Origin: an uncultured Planctomycetales bacterium
GTDB lineage: Bacteria > Omnitrophota > Gorgyraeia > Zapsychrales > CAYRXT01
Reading direction: 5' to 3'
Assembly (NCBI GenBank): GCA_964428315.1
Contig: CAYRXT010000008.1
Coordinates: forward strand, 6,140 to 70,139
DNA: 64,000 bases
The notes beneath the pieces are model-generated. The model ran no database searches, had not been told where the DNA came from, and saw only the letters and a program-made list of their open reading frames with translations. Position numbers and translations under genes: made by a program. Each line of letters starts with the position of its first letter. The stretch's first letter is position 1. Positions 38,903 to 48,617 of this stretch are shown one piece after another.

Positions 38903-40116
38903 TGTTCCGTTAACGCCATCCCGCGTTTAAAGGCAAATTCCGGATGATAACCCAGAACCGAACGGGCCTTGCTGTTATCAAAAACGGCCCGGCTTTGCAT
39001 CATCCTGAAATGGATACGGTTCGGATAACGTGCGGTTCGAACCTTGCCGGAAGGAGCGGAAAGGACGATGGGTTTGGCTGTTTCATCTTCGCTTTGTCCC
39101 TTCCTATTTAAAGGAATGAACAGGGCGGCCTTAAGAGACCGGTAAGCGCTAAGAGCTCCCGGAAATAACAAAAGGACCTTCCGTGCTTTAAGACGCGATC
39201 TGTGAGCTAAGGTTTTCTCCTTTTCTTCCTGGCGAATTTTCCTTTCGATTTCTTCCGGCCTCATGAAGATTATGGCCTTTTGACCGAGCATATCGGCGTA
39301 GGTCTCGTAAAATTTCCCCCATGACACGGGCTCCGGACCGGAAATGATAAACTCCTGTCCGGCAGTCCCTTCGATAACGGACGCCAAGAGTATCCCCTGG
39401 ATGAGGTCATCGATGTAAACGGCATTGCATAACCCGCTGTTGACGGGAAGGACCACATCCTGTTCCTTCAAGCGATTTAGAGGATTGATCGTCCAGAGCA
39501 TTGAACCGGGGCCGTAGACGACACTGGGCTGGACAATGGAAACGGGCAGTCCCTCGTGATAGAAGCGCTTGGCCATCTTCTCCGCCTTATATTTGCTGGC
39601 CGCGTAATCACTTTTGGTCGGGTCATAGGCGGAATCCTCGTTGATTCGCCCCTCTTCTAAGGATTTATAATGGGCGACCGTGCTGACATGGACAACCCGC
39701 CTAACCTTTTCTTCCTTGGCACAGCGGAAAACATTTCGAGTCCCGGTCAAATTGGTCTTGGCTGTTTTTCGCGCGTCCTCCGGCCCGGCATAGGCCCAGG
39801 CGCAGTGGAAGACAAGATCGCATCCGCGCATGGCCTTGCGCAACGCGGCTGGTTCGGTGATGTCCGCTTTTTGGATATCAAGAGTAAATCTGGCCAGTCC
39901 GGAACACCGGCTGAAATTACGGACAGGAACAGTCACCTTGGCCTGGTGGTCGAGAATCAGTTTTTCAACCAGTCGGCCTCCTATGAATCCGGTGCCGCCC
40001 GTTACGAGCACCTTTTTCCCTTTTAGCTGGGAAAGCCTGTGCGCGGTATTCATTGTGTTTGTTTTGTTCATGGGGTCATCCATGGCTGTTCGAGCGGTTT
40101 CCGGTTGTTGAAGCAT
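38875..40116 (-). CDS. NAD-dependent epimerase/dehydratase (extended SDR) with C-terminal extension
   Basis: VLVTGGTGFIGGRLV Rossmann motif and YxxxK (YAASKYKAE). Confidence 0.8.
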   Translation of the reverse strand: MLQQPETARTAMDDPMNKTNTMNTAHRLSQLKGKKVLVTGGTGFIGGRLVEKLILDHQAKVTVPVRNFSRCSGLARFTLDIQKADITEPAALRKAMRGCDLVFHCAWAYAGPEDARKTAKTNLTGTRNVFRCAKEEKVRRVVHVSTVAHYKSLEEGRINEDSAYDPTKSDYAASKYKAEKMAKRFYHEGLPVSIVQPSVVYGPGSMLWTINPLNRLKEQDVVLPVNSGLCNAVYIDDLIQGILLASVIEGTAGQEFIISGPEPVSWGKFYETYADMLGQKAIIFMRPEEIERKIRQEEKEKTLAHRSRLKARKVLLLFPGALSAYRSLKAALFIPLNRKGQSEDETAKPIVLSAPSGKVRTARYPNRIHFRMMQSRAVFDNSKARSVLGYHPEFAFKRGMALTEQWAKWANLT

Positions 40117-41096
40117 GCTTCAATCGCGGCCACAGATCTCATGCCGTCTTCACCTGAAATGTAAGGTTCGGCATTTTGCACGATGGCTCTTCCGAAGTCT
40201 TCAATAAGCTCCTTGACGATAAAGGTGTAATCATTTTGAGGAGGAGCATGTTCCATGCAGACGCGGCCCTCAAGGAACATCGGTGTCTCGCAAGATATTT
40301 TGACGGGAGGATTCGCCCATTGCGCCCCGACTTCAAGTGATCCTTTTGTACCGTTAATTCGATAGGTCTTGCGAAGAACCCGCGTCCGGCTCAGTTCGAT
40401 AACGCCGCGGGCTCCGTTTTTCAGCTTAATTTCACACAGGCAGTTTGCATCTACGCCGCCGAAAGAGTCGTCAAAATAGGCCGCCGACTCGTAATCTCCG
40501 AACCACCACAGCATAAGATCCACAACATGCGGCCCGATGTCGTGCCATACGCCCCCGCCCATGTTTTTCAAAAACGGCCGGAGGGTGGTTGAAGGCCACC
40601 AGTAGTAGCCCCCCTCGCGGAAATCGAAAGAACGGACCTCTCCGATGAAGCCTTTATCTAGGATGTCTTTAACATACCGGTGTGCGTGGAAAAAGCGTTT
40701 AGCCAGAATAACCGAAAGCTTCCTGCCGTTTTTGCGGGCGGCCGATATCATGCCCTGGCATTCCTCAGCCGTTAGGGCCATGGGTTTTTCGATAAGGACA
40801 TGTTTACCGTTATTCAGCAAATCGACAGTCATGGGCGCGTGAAGATGATTGGGTGTCGCAACAATGGCCGCGTCGAATTCGTCCATGATATCGCGGTAAT
40901 CACAGGATGTGCGCGGATTGCCGGAACGGCGCGATAATGCGGCCAGTCTTGTTTCATCCTTGTCGACTAGATGGGAAAGCGAAAAGACGTCCGAGGCGAG
41001 TGCGGCCGGGATATGCAGTCGTTCAGCGACGGCGCCGCAGCCGATGACAGCCAATCGAAGCTTCCCTCCGCTGTCGTTTATCCTCTCATGGTGCAT
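40068..41096 (-). CDS. Gfo/Idh/MocA family oxidoreductase (sugar-nucleotide dehydrogenase candidate)
   Basis: LRLAVIGCGAVAERLH N-terminal NAD-binding motif and EKPMALT motif. Confidence 0.85.
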   Translation of the reverse strand: MHHERINDSGGKLRLAVIGCGAVAERLHIPAALASDVFSLSHLVDKDETRLAALSRRSGNPRTSCDYRDIMDEFDAAIVATPNHLHAPMTVDLLNNGKHVLIEKPMALTAEECQGMISAARKNGRKLSVILAKRFFHAHRYVKDILDKGFIGEVRSFDFREGGYYWWPSTTLRPFLKNMGGGVWHDIGPHVVDLMLWWFGDYESAAYFDDSFGGVDANCLCEIKLKNGARGVIELSRTRVLRKTYRINGTKGSLEVGAQWANPPVKISCETPMFLEGRVCMEHAPPQNDYTFIVKELIEDFGRAIVQNAEPYISGEDGMRSVAAIEACFNNRKPLEQPWMTP

Positions 41097-42105
41097 TTGA
41101 AAGCTCCGACCGGTTTTCGATTTTTAAACCGCAGCGTTTTCTTTCCATCAAAAACCTGTACCATTTTGCGCTCACAGTCTTTCTTTTATAATAATGCGGA
41201 GCGAGGATATAGAATCTGGGTGTGCCGAGTTTATTTAGGAAATATGAATTGAGATCTTCCGCCATCTCTTCAAAGATCCGCCGGCTTTTGACAACTGTTT
41301 TGAATTGCGGGATAAGCCGATCTATTGATCGTGGCGTCAGGCAGGTGATTCTGTCATCGGAGGCGATATACGCCAGGAGCTGCTCAAGGCGTGATAGTTC
41401 TTTTCCCGTGATCATCCATGAATGATAGGTGATCTGCATAAAGAAGTCATGGCGCGTTGTTGTCCGGGAAAGATATTCAGGGAGGACGAATATCTCCTCA
41501 TCACGCAGGACGTAATCGATCAGGGTCATCGATTCGTTGCTTTCGGATGTATTCGAGCAAAGCACGAATTCAAAACCGGCTTCCGACAGCAGTTCGAGTG
41601 CCGTGATGTTAAGCCGGTCCCAGGGAAAGATGAAGGTCTTAATATCACGGTCGAATATCTCTTCAAGATGCGCCTTGCCTTCCTTTATGGCGGACGCCTG
41701 TTCCTCGCGTTTGAGGCCGTTGAATTCGCTGTAACCTTCCGGGTTTTCCGGCTTATAGGGGAGCCAGTCGCGGTCGATCCCCCGGCAAGACTTTTTCTCA
41801 GCGCCCTTTTGATCCAAACGGCTGGGATGATAACAGTTGGTCTGATGCGTGAAGCCGTGCTGGGCAATCTCAATGATTCCGTTTTCCGCGCAGACTTTGA
41901 GAAGGCCGCACAAAGGGGTATTCTCCGCCAACGGATGAAACTTCGTTCCACGGTGATCATGCGGGTCTTCAGCGACCCTGGGGATGACCCCGATAACCTG
42001 CGGTATGCGGTATTTCTTGAAAAGGGAAAGGATATAATCTTCCTTTCCATGGTCACTCAAGGCGCAGATATCGTCGTTCCTTATTAATAGATAAACTCTT
42101 CCCAT
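41086..42105 (-). CDS. putative polysaccharide deacetylase (DUF2334-like)
   Basis: YLLIRNDDI N-terminal motif and conserved His residues. Assignment is moderate. Confidence 0.5.
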   Translation of the reverse strand: MGRVYLLIRNDDICALSDHGKEDYILSLFKKYRIPQVIGVIPRVAEDPHDHRGTKFHPLAENTPLCGLLKVCAENGIIEIAQHGFTHQTNCYHPSRLDQKGAEKKSCRGIDRDWLPYKPENPEGYSEFNGLKREEQASAIKEGKAHLEEIFDRDIKTFIFPWDRLNITALELLSEAGFEFVLCSNTSESNESMTLIDYVLRDEEIFVLPEYLSRTTTRHDFFMQITYHSWMITGKELSRLEQLLAYIASDDRITCLTPRSIDRLIPQFKTVVKSRRIFEEMAEDLNSYFLNKLGTPRFYILAPHYYKRKTVSAKWYRFLMERKRCGLKIENRSELSNAP

Positions 42106-42127
42106 GCAGGCACCCCTCTATGCCATC

Positions 42128-42286
42128 TTAGAACAGCGTGTAAATAAACGGCGCGACGGCGGACGACTGGGTGAAGATCATCAGGAAGCTCATCAGGAGC
42201 AGGAACAGGATGATCGGGGCCAGCCAGAAGCGCTTGCGCACGCTCAGGAATTCCCAGAATTCCTTGACGATAGACAGTTTTGACAT
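42128..42286 (-). CDS. 52-aa conserved small membrane protein (DUF5989-like); not in the ORF track
   Basis: Translates to MSKLSIVKEFWEFLSVRKRFWLAPIILFLLLMSFLMIFTQSSAVAPFIYTLF. RBS AAAGGAAAG upstream. Single TM helix. The APFIYTLF C-terminus is recalled from a widespread small-protein family. Confidence 0.55.
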   Translation of the reverse strand: MSKLSIVKEFWEFLSVRKRFWLAPIILFLLLMSFLMIFTQSSAVAPFIYTLF

Positions 42287-42302
42287 TTCGCTTTCCTTTC
42301 TT

Positions 42303-43550
42303 CTATGAACTTTTCCGCATATCCCACCGGCTTTGCGGCAGGAGGACCGGGCCGCCTTTGATATTCGCCGTGCCGGCGTCTATGTTAAAGACCCCCTCCT
42401 TTTTGACAAGGTACGGGTGGATCATGTCCTTGTCCCAGACGGATATCTTCGTAAAATAGATCCCCGGGGCGAGATTGTGGTCGCTGACGAGGATGTCCAG
42501 CTTCCCTTCGCCCGTTTCACGGGGCACGGCGTAACCGGCGTCCTTCGTGCTCGATGAACAGCACAGGATGCCGTCGGAACGGATGATCTCGTAGGCGAAG
42601 GCGACATCCTCGATGTCTTTCTTGATGCGGTAATCGACGCGGATCCCGATGGGCTCGCCCACGGCAAAGGACTCGGCCGGTAATCCGTTCTCTTGTCTCA
42701 GACCGACCGAGTGAATATGAATAAATTCCTCTTCTTCCATTTCCAGCTGATAGGTGGATTTGCTGATCTGTTGTTTGAGTTCCTCTTCCCTTCCCTTGGA
42801 GACGAGATTTTCGTAGAACGGCATGACCTCTTCGGGGTAGCCCTCCTTGAGGATCTGCCCCTTGTCCAGGAGGATGATCCGCTCGCAGAGGCTCTGGACC
42901 AGCGGGATATTATGCGAGATGAAAATGACGGTGGCCCCGGAACTGAGAAGCTCGCGCATCTTTCTCACGCATTTGGTCTGGAACGTCATATCTCCCACCG
43001 AAAGCACCTCGTCCACCAGCAGGATGTCAGGATCGACATGCGCCGCGACCGCGAATCCGAGGCGCGCCATCATTCCCGAAGAATAGCGTTTGACCGGCGT
43101 GTCGATGAATTCCCGCACCCCGGAAAATTCGACGATTTGCTCGTATTTCTGCTCGATCTCATCGCGCGTCATCCCGTAGATGGCCCCGTTGAAATAGATA
43201 TTTTCGCGTCCGGTGAAGTCGGGGTGGAAACCCGCGGTGATCTCGATCAGGGCGGACAGGCGTCCCTTGATCTTCATGTCTCCCTTGTCGGGCCTCATCA
43301 GCTTCGAGAGGAGCTTGAGGATCGTGCTTTTCCCGGCGCCGTTGGGGCCTATGATCCCCAGGACCTCCCCCTTTTTCACGGAAAAGGTGACGTCCCTGAT
43401 GGCCCAGAATTCAGATTTGTTCAGCCCGTTCGCGGCCCCTCGTCCGGCGACCACACCCTTGGCGATCTTGGGGATGAGGTCGCGCAGGGCGTAGACCTTG
43501 TCGCCTTTGCGGAACTTTTTCGAGATATTGTTGAATTCGATGGCATTCAT
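42303..43550 (-). CDS. wzt: polysaccharide/O-antigen ABC exporter ATP-binding protein with C-terminal carbohydrate-binding domain
   Basis: Walker A GPNGAGKST, signature YSSGMMARL, Walker B LLVDE. About 150-aa C-terminal extension. Confidence 0.9.
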   Translation of the reverse strand: MNAIEFNNISKKFRKGDKVYALRDLIPKIAKGVVAGRGAANGLNKSEFWAIRDVTFSVKKGEVLGIIGPNGAGKSTILKLLSKLMRPDKGDMKIKGRLSALIEITAGFHPDFTGRENIYFNGAIYGMTRDEIEQKYEQIVEFSGVREFIDTPVKRYSSGMMARLGFAVAAHVDPDILLVDEVLSVGDMTFQTKCVRKMRELLSSGATVIFISHNIPLVQSLCERIILLDKGQILKEGYPEEVMPFYENLVSKGREEELKQQISKSTYQLEMEEEEFIHIHSVGLRQENGLPAESFAVGEPIGIRVDYRIKKDIEDVAFAYEIIRSDGILCCSSSTKDAGYAVPRETGEGKLDILVSDHNLAPGIYFTKISVWDKDMIHPYLVKKEGVFNIDAGTANIKGGPVLLPQSRWDMRKSS

Positions 43551-43656
43551 TGAAGCTCCAGAGTTTAGAAGTTAGTGAATGAGTCTTTAGTGTAAGAAGC
43601 CCTGCCGATCCGTTTGATATAAGTGAGCTCCCGGGGAGTTCTTTCAGATTGCCTTT

Positions 43657-43724
43657 CCCGACGACACATCCTGAAGGATCTTATTGATCCGTCACCGCTG
43701 CGCTCCTCGGGATGAGTCGTCGGG
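43657..43724. promoter_or_regulatory. nested palindromic structured element in the 200-bp wzm-wzt gap
   Basis: Outer stem CCCGACGAC/GTCGTCGGG, inner CATCC/GGATG, innermost GGATC-TTATT-GATCC. Confidence 0.35.
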
Positions 43725-43752
43725 AGATGTTGTCCAGAAACTCGACGCCCCC

Positions 43753-44538
43753 TCATATACATTCCGCGAACTTCGGCTCCGCCTTCTGGAAGATGTTCCA
43801 CGCACCGAAGAAGACGGCCACGGCGAAAACCGCGGCGTAGAGAACCCACAGCATCTCGGGCGGCTGGTGCATCACCACGACCCGGTTGATGTTCTCCAGT
43901 ATGGCGCCGACCGGATTGATCATCAGCACCGTCTTCCATTTGCCGAACATGTCCGCGTCGTAAAAGACCGGAGTAAAAAATATGCCGAACGTCAGAAGGA
44001 CGTCGATGACGTATTTCACGTCGCGGTAAAACAGGTTGCCGCACGAGAGGATGATCGCCAGGCCCGAGGTCAGCAAGAACAGGATGAAGAGCAAAACCGG
44101 GTACCATAAAAACTGGACGCTCAACCCGATGCCCGAAAACAAAAAGATGACCGAAAAGGCCGCCAGGGCGATAAGGAAGTCGAAGAACGCGCCCAGGACA
44201 TACGATAACGGGAATATCGCGCGAGGAAAATAGACCTTGGCCACCAGCCCCATGTTCGTGACCAGAGACGGCACGGCGAATTTCAGGGCGCTGACGAAAA
44301 AGGCCCAGGGAAGAGCCTTGACCGAGACCGAGATGATGCTGGAGAATTCCATAGGCTGTCCCGACAGGATTGACATGGCCTTCTTAACGATGATCCCTGA
44401 TAGGACGATCACGATCGGCATGAACAGTGCCCACAGGAATCCCATAACGGTCTGTTTGTATTTGATCTTGATGTTGCGCGTGACAAATGCGTACAGAAGC
44501 TGGCGGTAACCGTAGAGTTCCTTGATCATTTCATTCAT
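43753..44538 (-). CDS. wzm: ABC-2 type polysaccharide exporter permease
   Basis: Six-TM ABC-2 permease with the N-terminal YRQLLYAFVTRNIKIKYKQTVMGFLWALF motif. Confidence 0.85.
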   Translation of the reverse strand: MNEMIKELYGYRQLLYAFVTRNIKIKYKQTVMGFLWALFMPIVIVLSGIIVKKAMSILSGQPMEFSSIISVSVKALPWAFFVSALKFAVPSLVTNMGLVAKVYFPRAIFPLSYVLGAFFDFLIALAAFSVIFLFSGIGLSVQFLWYPVLLFILFLLTSGLAIILSCGNLFYRDVKYVIDVLLTFGIFFTPVFYDADMFGKWKTVLMINPVGAILENINRVVVMHQPPEMLWVLYAAVFAVAVFFGAWNIFQKAEPKFAECI

Positions 44539-44573
44539 AGAATCAGTCTTTCCTTTTTTGGGTTAATGAGGTA

Positions 44574-45830
44574 TTACACTCCCACCTTGAATATCAGATA
44601 CGCGAAGGACAGGACACCGACCGACATCATCAGGATCAGGACATAGTCGCGTTTGACCAATTGAAAATCAAGCTCGGGGTTCTGTCTCCTGGCCGCATAA
44701 AAGAGGGAGCCGGCCAGGGCAAACAGCATGTAAGGCACGATGACATAAGACCGGGAAAGGAAAAAGGCGGCCGAACAAAAACCGACAAGCGCCGCCTGCA
44801 GGCCGTAAGCATAGTCCGCCAGCCGTGGCTCCTTGTTTTGTATGACCGTCATTTGCTTGATCGAGACATAGATCAATCCCATCCAGAAAAACAGCCCGAC
44901 CAGCCCGAGTTCGGCTCCTACCAGGATATAGGAGTTGTGCGCGGTCTGGGGCAGGTCGTTCATGAACATGTCATAACCTACCCCGAACAAGGGGTTGGAC
45001 TTGAGCATGGCCAGGCCCTGGTACCAAAGCTCGATGCGCGTGTAGGCCGACGCCTCCGTCATGGTGATCAGTCCCAGACGGGAAGGCCCGAGGGCGAATA
45101 TGGCCGCGGCCGCGCCTACACCCAGTATGCCCCCAAGGATAAAATGGCGGGTCTTGCGGATAAAATAAAACCCGAAGGCCGCGATCAACGCAAGGATGCC
45201 GCCGCGGGAATTGGTCAGATAGATCCCATAAAACAGCAGGCCGATCATCGGTACGGACAGTGTCTTGATAAAAAAATTGGCGCCGCCGAACAGAAAGGCC
45301 AGGGTTATTCCCGATGCGACGACAAAGATAAGAGCCAGATCGTTGGGGTCGTTGAAAATGCCAACCCAGTTGATGCGCACGTCTTCCGGGGTATACCCGA
45401 CGGTGGGCAGCTGTCCGGCCCACCCGCGGCCGGTCTCGATCTGGTGCATCCCCTGGAAGACAAGGATGAGGATCAGGGCGACGATAAACCATATGCCGGT
45501 CTTGACTTTGCGTTCCGTGTTCATGACGTTGAGGATCAGGAAGAAAAGGATCAGGATGATCAGAAACCCCTTGGCCGTGAAGATCAGCCCGCCCAGATAG
45601 GTGTGCGCGACATGCGACATGAGGGCGCTGGCAAACAGGCCGAGCATGAAGACATTCTGCGGGACCTTCACGAACGCGGGCTTCTTTGTGATGAACCGTT
45701 CGCAAAGCATGGCATACGCAGTGGCCAGGGCCAGGCCGTTGACCAGAGGCCAGCCCCGCACGGCCTCCAGCCAGTCCTGCGGACGGATGAAGGTCACGAA
45801 AAGATACATGAGAAGGAAGAGAAAACTCAT
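44574..45830 (-). CDS. O-antigen ligase/polymerase family membrane protein (Wzy_C domain)
   Basis: Polytopic with an NSRGG motif in a large periplasmic loop. Confidence 0.65.
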   Translation of the reverse strand: MSFLFLLMYLFVTFIRPQDWLEAVRGWPLVNGLALATAYAMLCERFITKKPAFVKVPQNVFMLGLFASALMSHVAHTYLGGLIFTAKGFLIILILFFLILNVMNTERKVKTGIWFIVALILILVFQGMHQIETGRGWAGQLPTVGYTPEDVRINWVGIFNDPNDLALIFVVASGITLAFLFGGANFFIKTLSVPMIGLLFYGIYLTNSRGGILALIAAFGFYFIRKTRHFILGGILGVGAAAAIFALGPSRLGLITMTEASAYTRIELWYQGLAMLKSNPLFGVGYDMFMNDLPQTAHNSYILVGAELGLVGLFFWMGLIYVSIKQMTVIQNKEPRLADYAYGLQAALVGFCSAAFFLSRSYVIVPYMLFALAGSLFYAARRQNPELDFQLVKRDYVLILMMSVGVLSFAYLIFKVGV

Positions 45831-47179
45831 CCCTCCCCCCTTCCGGCCGATAGGGTTTTGTGATTATGCCGGATCTCGGCATTGATCTTCTCCGCAGTGC
45901 GCTTGCCGCTGAGGATGCTGTGGTCCATGTTGAAATATTCCCATTCACCGAAACGGCCGCACGGATATATGCCTTTGGAATGAAGAAAACCGTGTATCGT
46001 GTCCACGTTTTTGCGGTGGTCAAGGTCGTAGATCACGTAGGCGTATTTCATCGAAAGGATGTCACGCACGGGGATATTGTCATCCTCGCGGAGGATCCCG
46101 GCCTTGATGAGGTCGTCGATGGTCCTCTTGATGATGTTGGCCTTGCCCTTGACCTCGAGCGGTCTGAACTTGGAATAGGCGATCTCGCAACAGAGGGAAC
46201 TCTTCCCCCTGGGAGCGACATTGTCGGAAAAGGTCATCGGAAAACTGAGCCGGTGGAAAATAAAATCCTTTTCGTAAAAGTAAAGCCAGTGGTACGGCGA
46301 GATGTTGTCCCGGTCGACGCCCAGGTTCACGCAGACGATCGAATTGTGCTGAAGGGCCCGGGCCGCCTGTTTGACGTTATCCGGGGTATCGTCAAGCATT
46401 TCGACGATCACGGGAAGCGGGAGCGTCGAGATCAGTCGTTCGTATTTCAGGGCTGTTTTGTCGGCGAATTCGACGTTTTTTTGGTCCACCCTGATCCTGG
46501 ACGCCTTTTTGTTTAAATGGATGTTTTCCACCTTTTCGGCCAGGGCTGTTGGCAGGGATTCGATTCCGCCGTAAACCGGGTACCAGAAATCGTTGTTGAA
46601 TCCCTCCAGGCTGGTCGTGTCCTTAAGGGCGCCGTCAAGCACCCTTGAAAAATCGGGCGTGGGCACGCGCCGGTCGATCCAATCATAATTCATGCCCTTG
46701 GGACTGATAGTCCATATCCTCTCCGAATAAGGGATCATGAGGTGTTCGGCGATCCCCCGGCCGAACCTCTGGTAGATCCATTCTTCGTAATTGTCCGGAC
46801 GTTTTTTATCAGGATTCCGGATGACCTCGGCGAGCCCTTTCAGGCAATCGAGGATCACATCGTTAGGCAGTCCGTAAAGATGAGCCTGGAACGGGAACTG
46901 GGTGTAGAGCTTGTGTTTCAGGTGGTAGATAAAGGCCTTGCGTTTTTTGATGACTAGGTTGTCTTTCAGCAGGTCCTTGATCATCTGTTCGGCGCAGGGA
47001 TTGACCGTGTATAGGATATGCGGCGCGTAATCGAAAAGGTAGCCGTCGACCTCCTCCGAACGCGCGAGCCCCCCAATCTCGGAGTTTTTTTCGAAAACGG
47101 CGGAATCCTCCTCAAGGTGATAGGCGGCGCTTAAACCTGTTAATCCCGCGCCGAGTATGATGTTTTTTTCTGTATGCAT
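45827..47179 (-). CDS. FAD-dependent oxidoreductase (amine-oxidase / UDP-galactopyranose-mutase-like)
   Basis: ILGAGLTGLSAAYHL dinucleotide-binding motif. Overlaps the upstream gene by 4 nt. Confidence 0.6.
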   Translation of the reverse strand: MHTEKNIILGAGLTGLSAAYHLEEDSAVFEKNSEIGGLARSEEVDGYLFDYAPHILYTVNPCAEQMIKDLLKDNLVIKKRKAFIYHLKHKLYTQFPFQAHLYGLPNDVILDCLKGLAEVIRNPDKKRPDNYEEWIYQRFGRGIAEHLMIPYSERIWTISPKGMNYDWIDRRVPTPDFSRVLDGALKDTTSLEGFNNDFWYPVYGGIESLPTALAEKVENIHLNKKASRIRVDQKNVEFADKTALKYERLISTLPLPVIVEMLDDTPDNVKQAARALQHNSIVCVNLGVDRDNISPYHWLYFYEKDFIFHRLSFPMTFSDNVAPRGKSSLCCEIAYSKFRPLEVKGKANIIKRTIDDLIKAGILREDDNIPVRDILSMKYAYVIYDLDHRKNVDTIHGFLHSKGIYPCGRFGEWEYFNMDHSILSGKRTAEKINAEIRHNHKTLSAGRGEG

Positions 47180-47200
47180 ATTCTTGTCTTCCGGATTTAT

Positions 47201-48064
47201 TCAGGATCCGTCCTGCGCTGACAGAAATCGCGACAGCGATTCCTTCCAAGACGGTATCTCGACGTCCAATGCCCGGCTTAGTTTCCTGTTCGACAAGACC
47301 GAGAATAGCGGCCTTTTAACCTCCGCAGGGAAATCTTTGACCGACGCGGGGCGGATCTCAACGGGAAGTTTTTTGGCCTCCGCAAAGACACGCGCCAAAT
47401 CATAACGGGAACACTGTCCGCTGCTGGTCAGATGATAAAGCCCGCGCAGGTCATTTTCCAGAGCGAGCAAAGTGAGCTCCGCGGCATCGCGGGTGAATGT
47501 GGGCACTGAAACCTCGTCGTCCACAATCATCAGATAGTCTTTTTCTCTTGCCCATTGCGTCAACTTGTATAAAAAGTTCTGCCGGCCCTGTCCGATGACC
47601 CAGCTTAACCGGAAGAGAACGTATTCTTCCAGCGTTGAGCTGACGGCCTTCTCGCCTTCGAGCTTGCTTTTCCCGTAGACATTGACCGGATTGGGTCCGT
47701 CTTCCTCGATGTAGGGCTCCTTCTTCTCTCCGTCAAAGACATAATCACTGCTGAAATGCACAAGCAGGATATCCCGTTCTCTGGCCGCAACGGCGATTCT
47801 CTCCGGTCCCTGCGCGTTGACGGCCATCGCGCTCTGCGGATCCTTTTCTGCACGGTCAACCTGGTTGTAGGCGGCGCAGTTCAGGATAATGTCAGGCCGG
47901 CAGTCGTCAAGGCGCTTATGAATGCTGTCAGCGTCGGTAATATCCAGGTCATCTTCTTCCGGCGCGCAGAACGGGATCTCTTTTTCCCTGAGACAGGAGA
48001 TGAATTCGCGCGCCAGTTGTCCGGACGAGCCTGTGATGAGGAATGTTTTTTCCTTAAGTTCCAT
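47201..48064 (-). CDS. rfbD: dTDP-4-dehydrorhamnose reductase
   Basis: FLITGSSGQL and YGKSKLEGE motifs. Positioned with rfbC and rfbA. Confidence 0.9.
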   Translation of the reverse strand: MELKEKTFLITGSSGQLAREFISCLREKEIPFCAPEEDDLDITDADSIHKRLDDCRPDIILNCAAYNQVDRAEKDPQSAMAVNAQGPERIAVAARERDILLVHFSSDYVFDGEKKEPYIEEDGPNPVNVYGKSKLEGEKAVSSTLEEYVLFRLSWVIGQGRQNFLYKLTQWAREKDYLMIVDDEVSVPTFTRDAAELTLLALENDLRGLYHLTSSGQCSRYDLARVFAEAKKLPVEIRPASVKDFPAEVKRPLFSVLSNRKLSRALDVEIPSWKESLSRFLSAQDGS

Positions 48065-48617
48065 TATAAGTGAAGTTCGATTCCAGGTTCGATAGACCCG
48101 GATAATTCGCGTCCCGCTCGCAAACTATCGGATTCTCAACGGGCCACTGTATGGCGATCTCCGGGGCGTTCCATCTAAGCCCCCTTTCGTGTTCCGGCGA
48201 ATATTCGCGGGAACAATAATAGATAACCTGCGCGCTCTGTGAAAGGACGCAGAAACCGTGGGCAAACCCTTCCGGGATATAGAGCATTTCCTTGTCTCGG
48301 TCGTTAAGCCGCCGCCCGACCCATTTCCCGTAACACGGCGAACCTTTACGCAGATCGACAGCCGCGTCGAAGATCTCGCCCTCGACGACGCTGACCATCT
48401 TCATTTGCGCCTCGGGATTAAGCTGGAAATGCAGCCCGCGCAGGACGCCTTTACGGCTTTTTGAATGATTGACCTGCTTTACCGGTGAACGCAGTCCGCT
48501 GTGGACGAAATCCGACTCCTTGAACGTCTCCAGAAAAAAACCGCGTTCATCCGAAAATATTTTCGGTGTGACGACATGCAGCCCGGGAATTTCTAATTCT
48601 TTGAACGTGAACGGCAT
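48054..48617 (-). CDS. rfbC: dTDP-4-dehydrorhamnose 3,5-epimerase
   Basis: Cupin fold. RGLHFQ, HGFCVLS and YSPEHERG motifs. Confidence 0.9.
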   Translation of the reverse strand: MPFTFKELEIPGLHVVTPKIFSDERGFFLETFKESDFVHSGLRSPVKQVNHSKSRKGVLRGLHFQLNPEAQMKMVSVVEGEIFDAAVDLRKGSPCYGKWVGRRLNDRDKEMLYIPEGFAHGFCVLSQSAQVIYYCSREYSPEHERGLRWNAPEIAIQWPVENPIVCERDANYPGLSNLESNFTYNGT

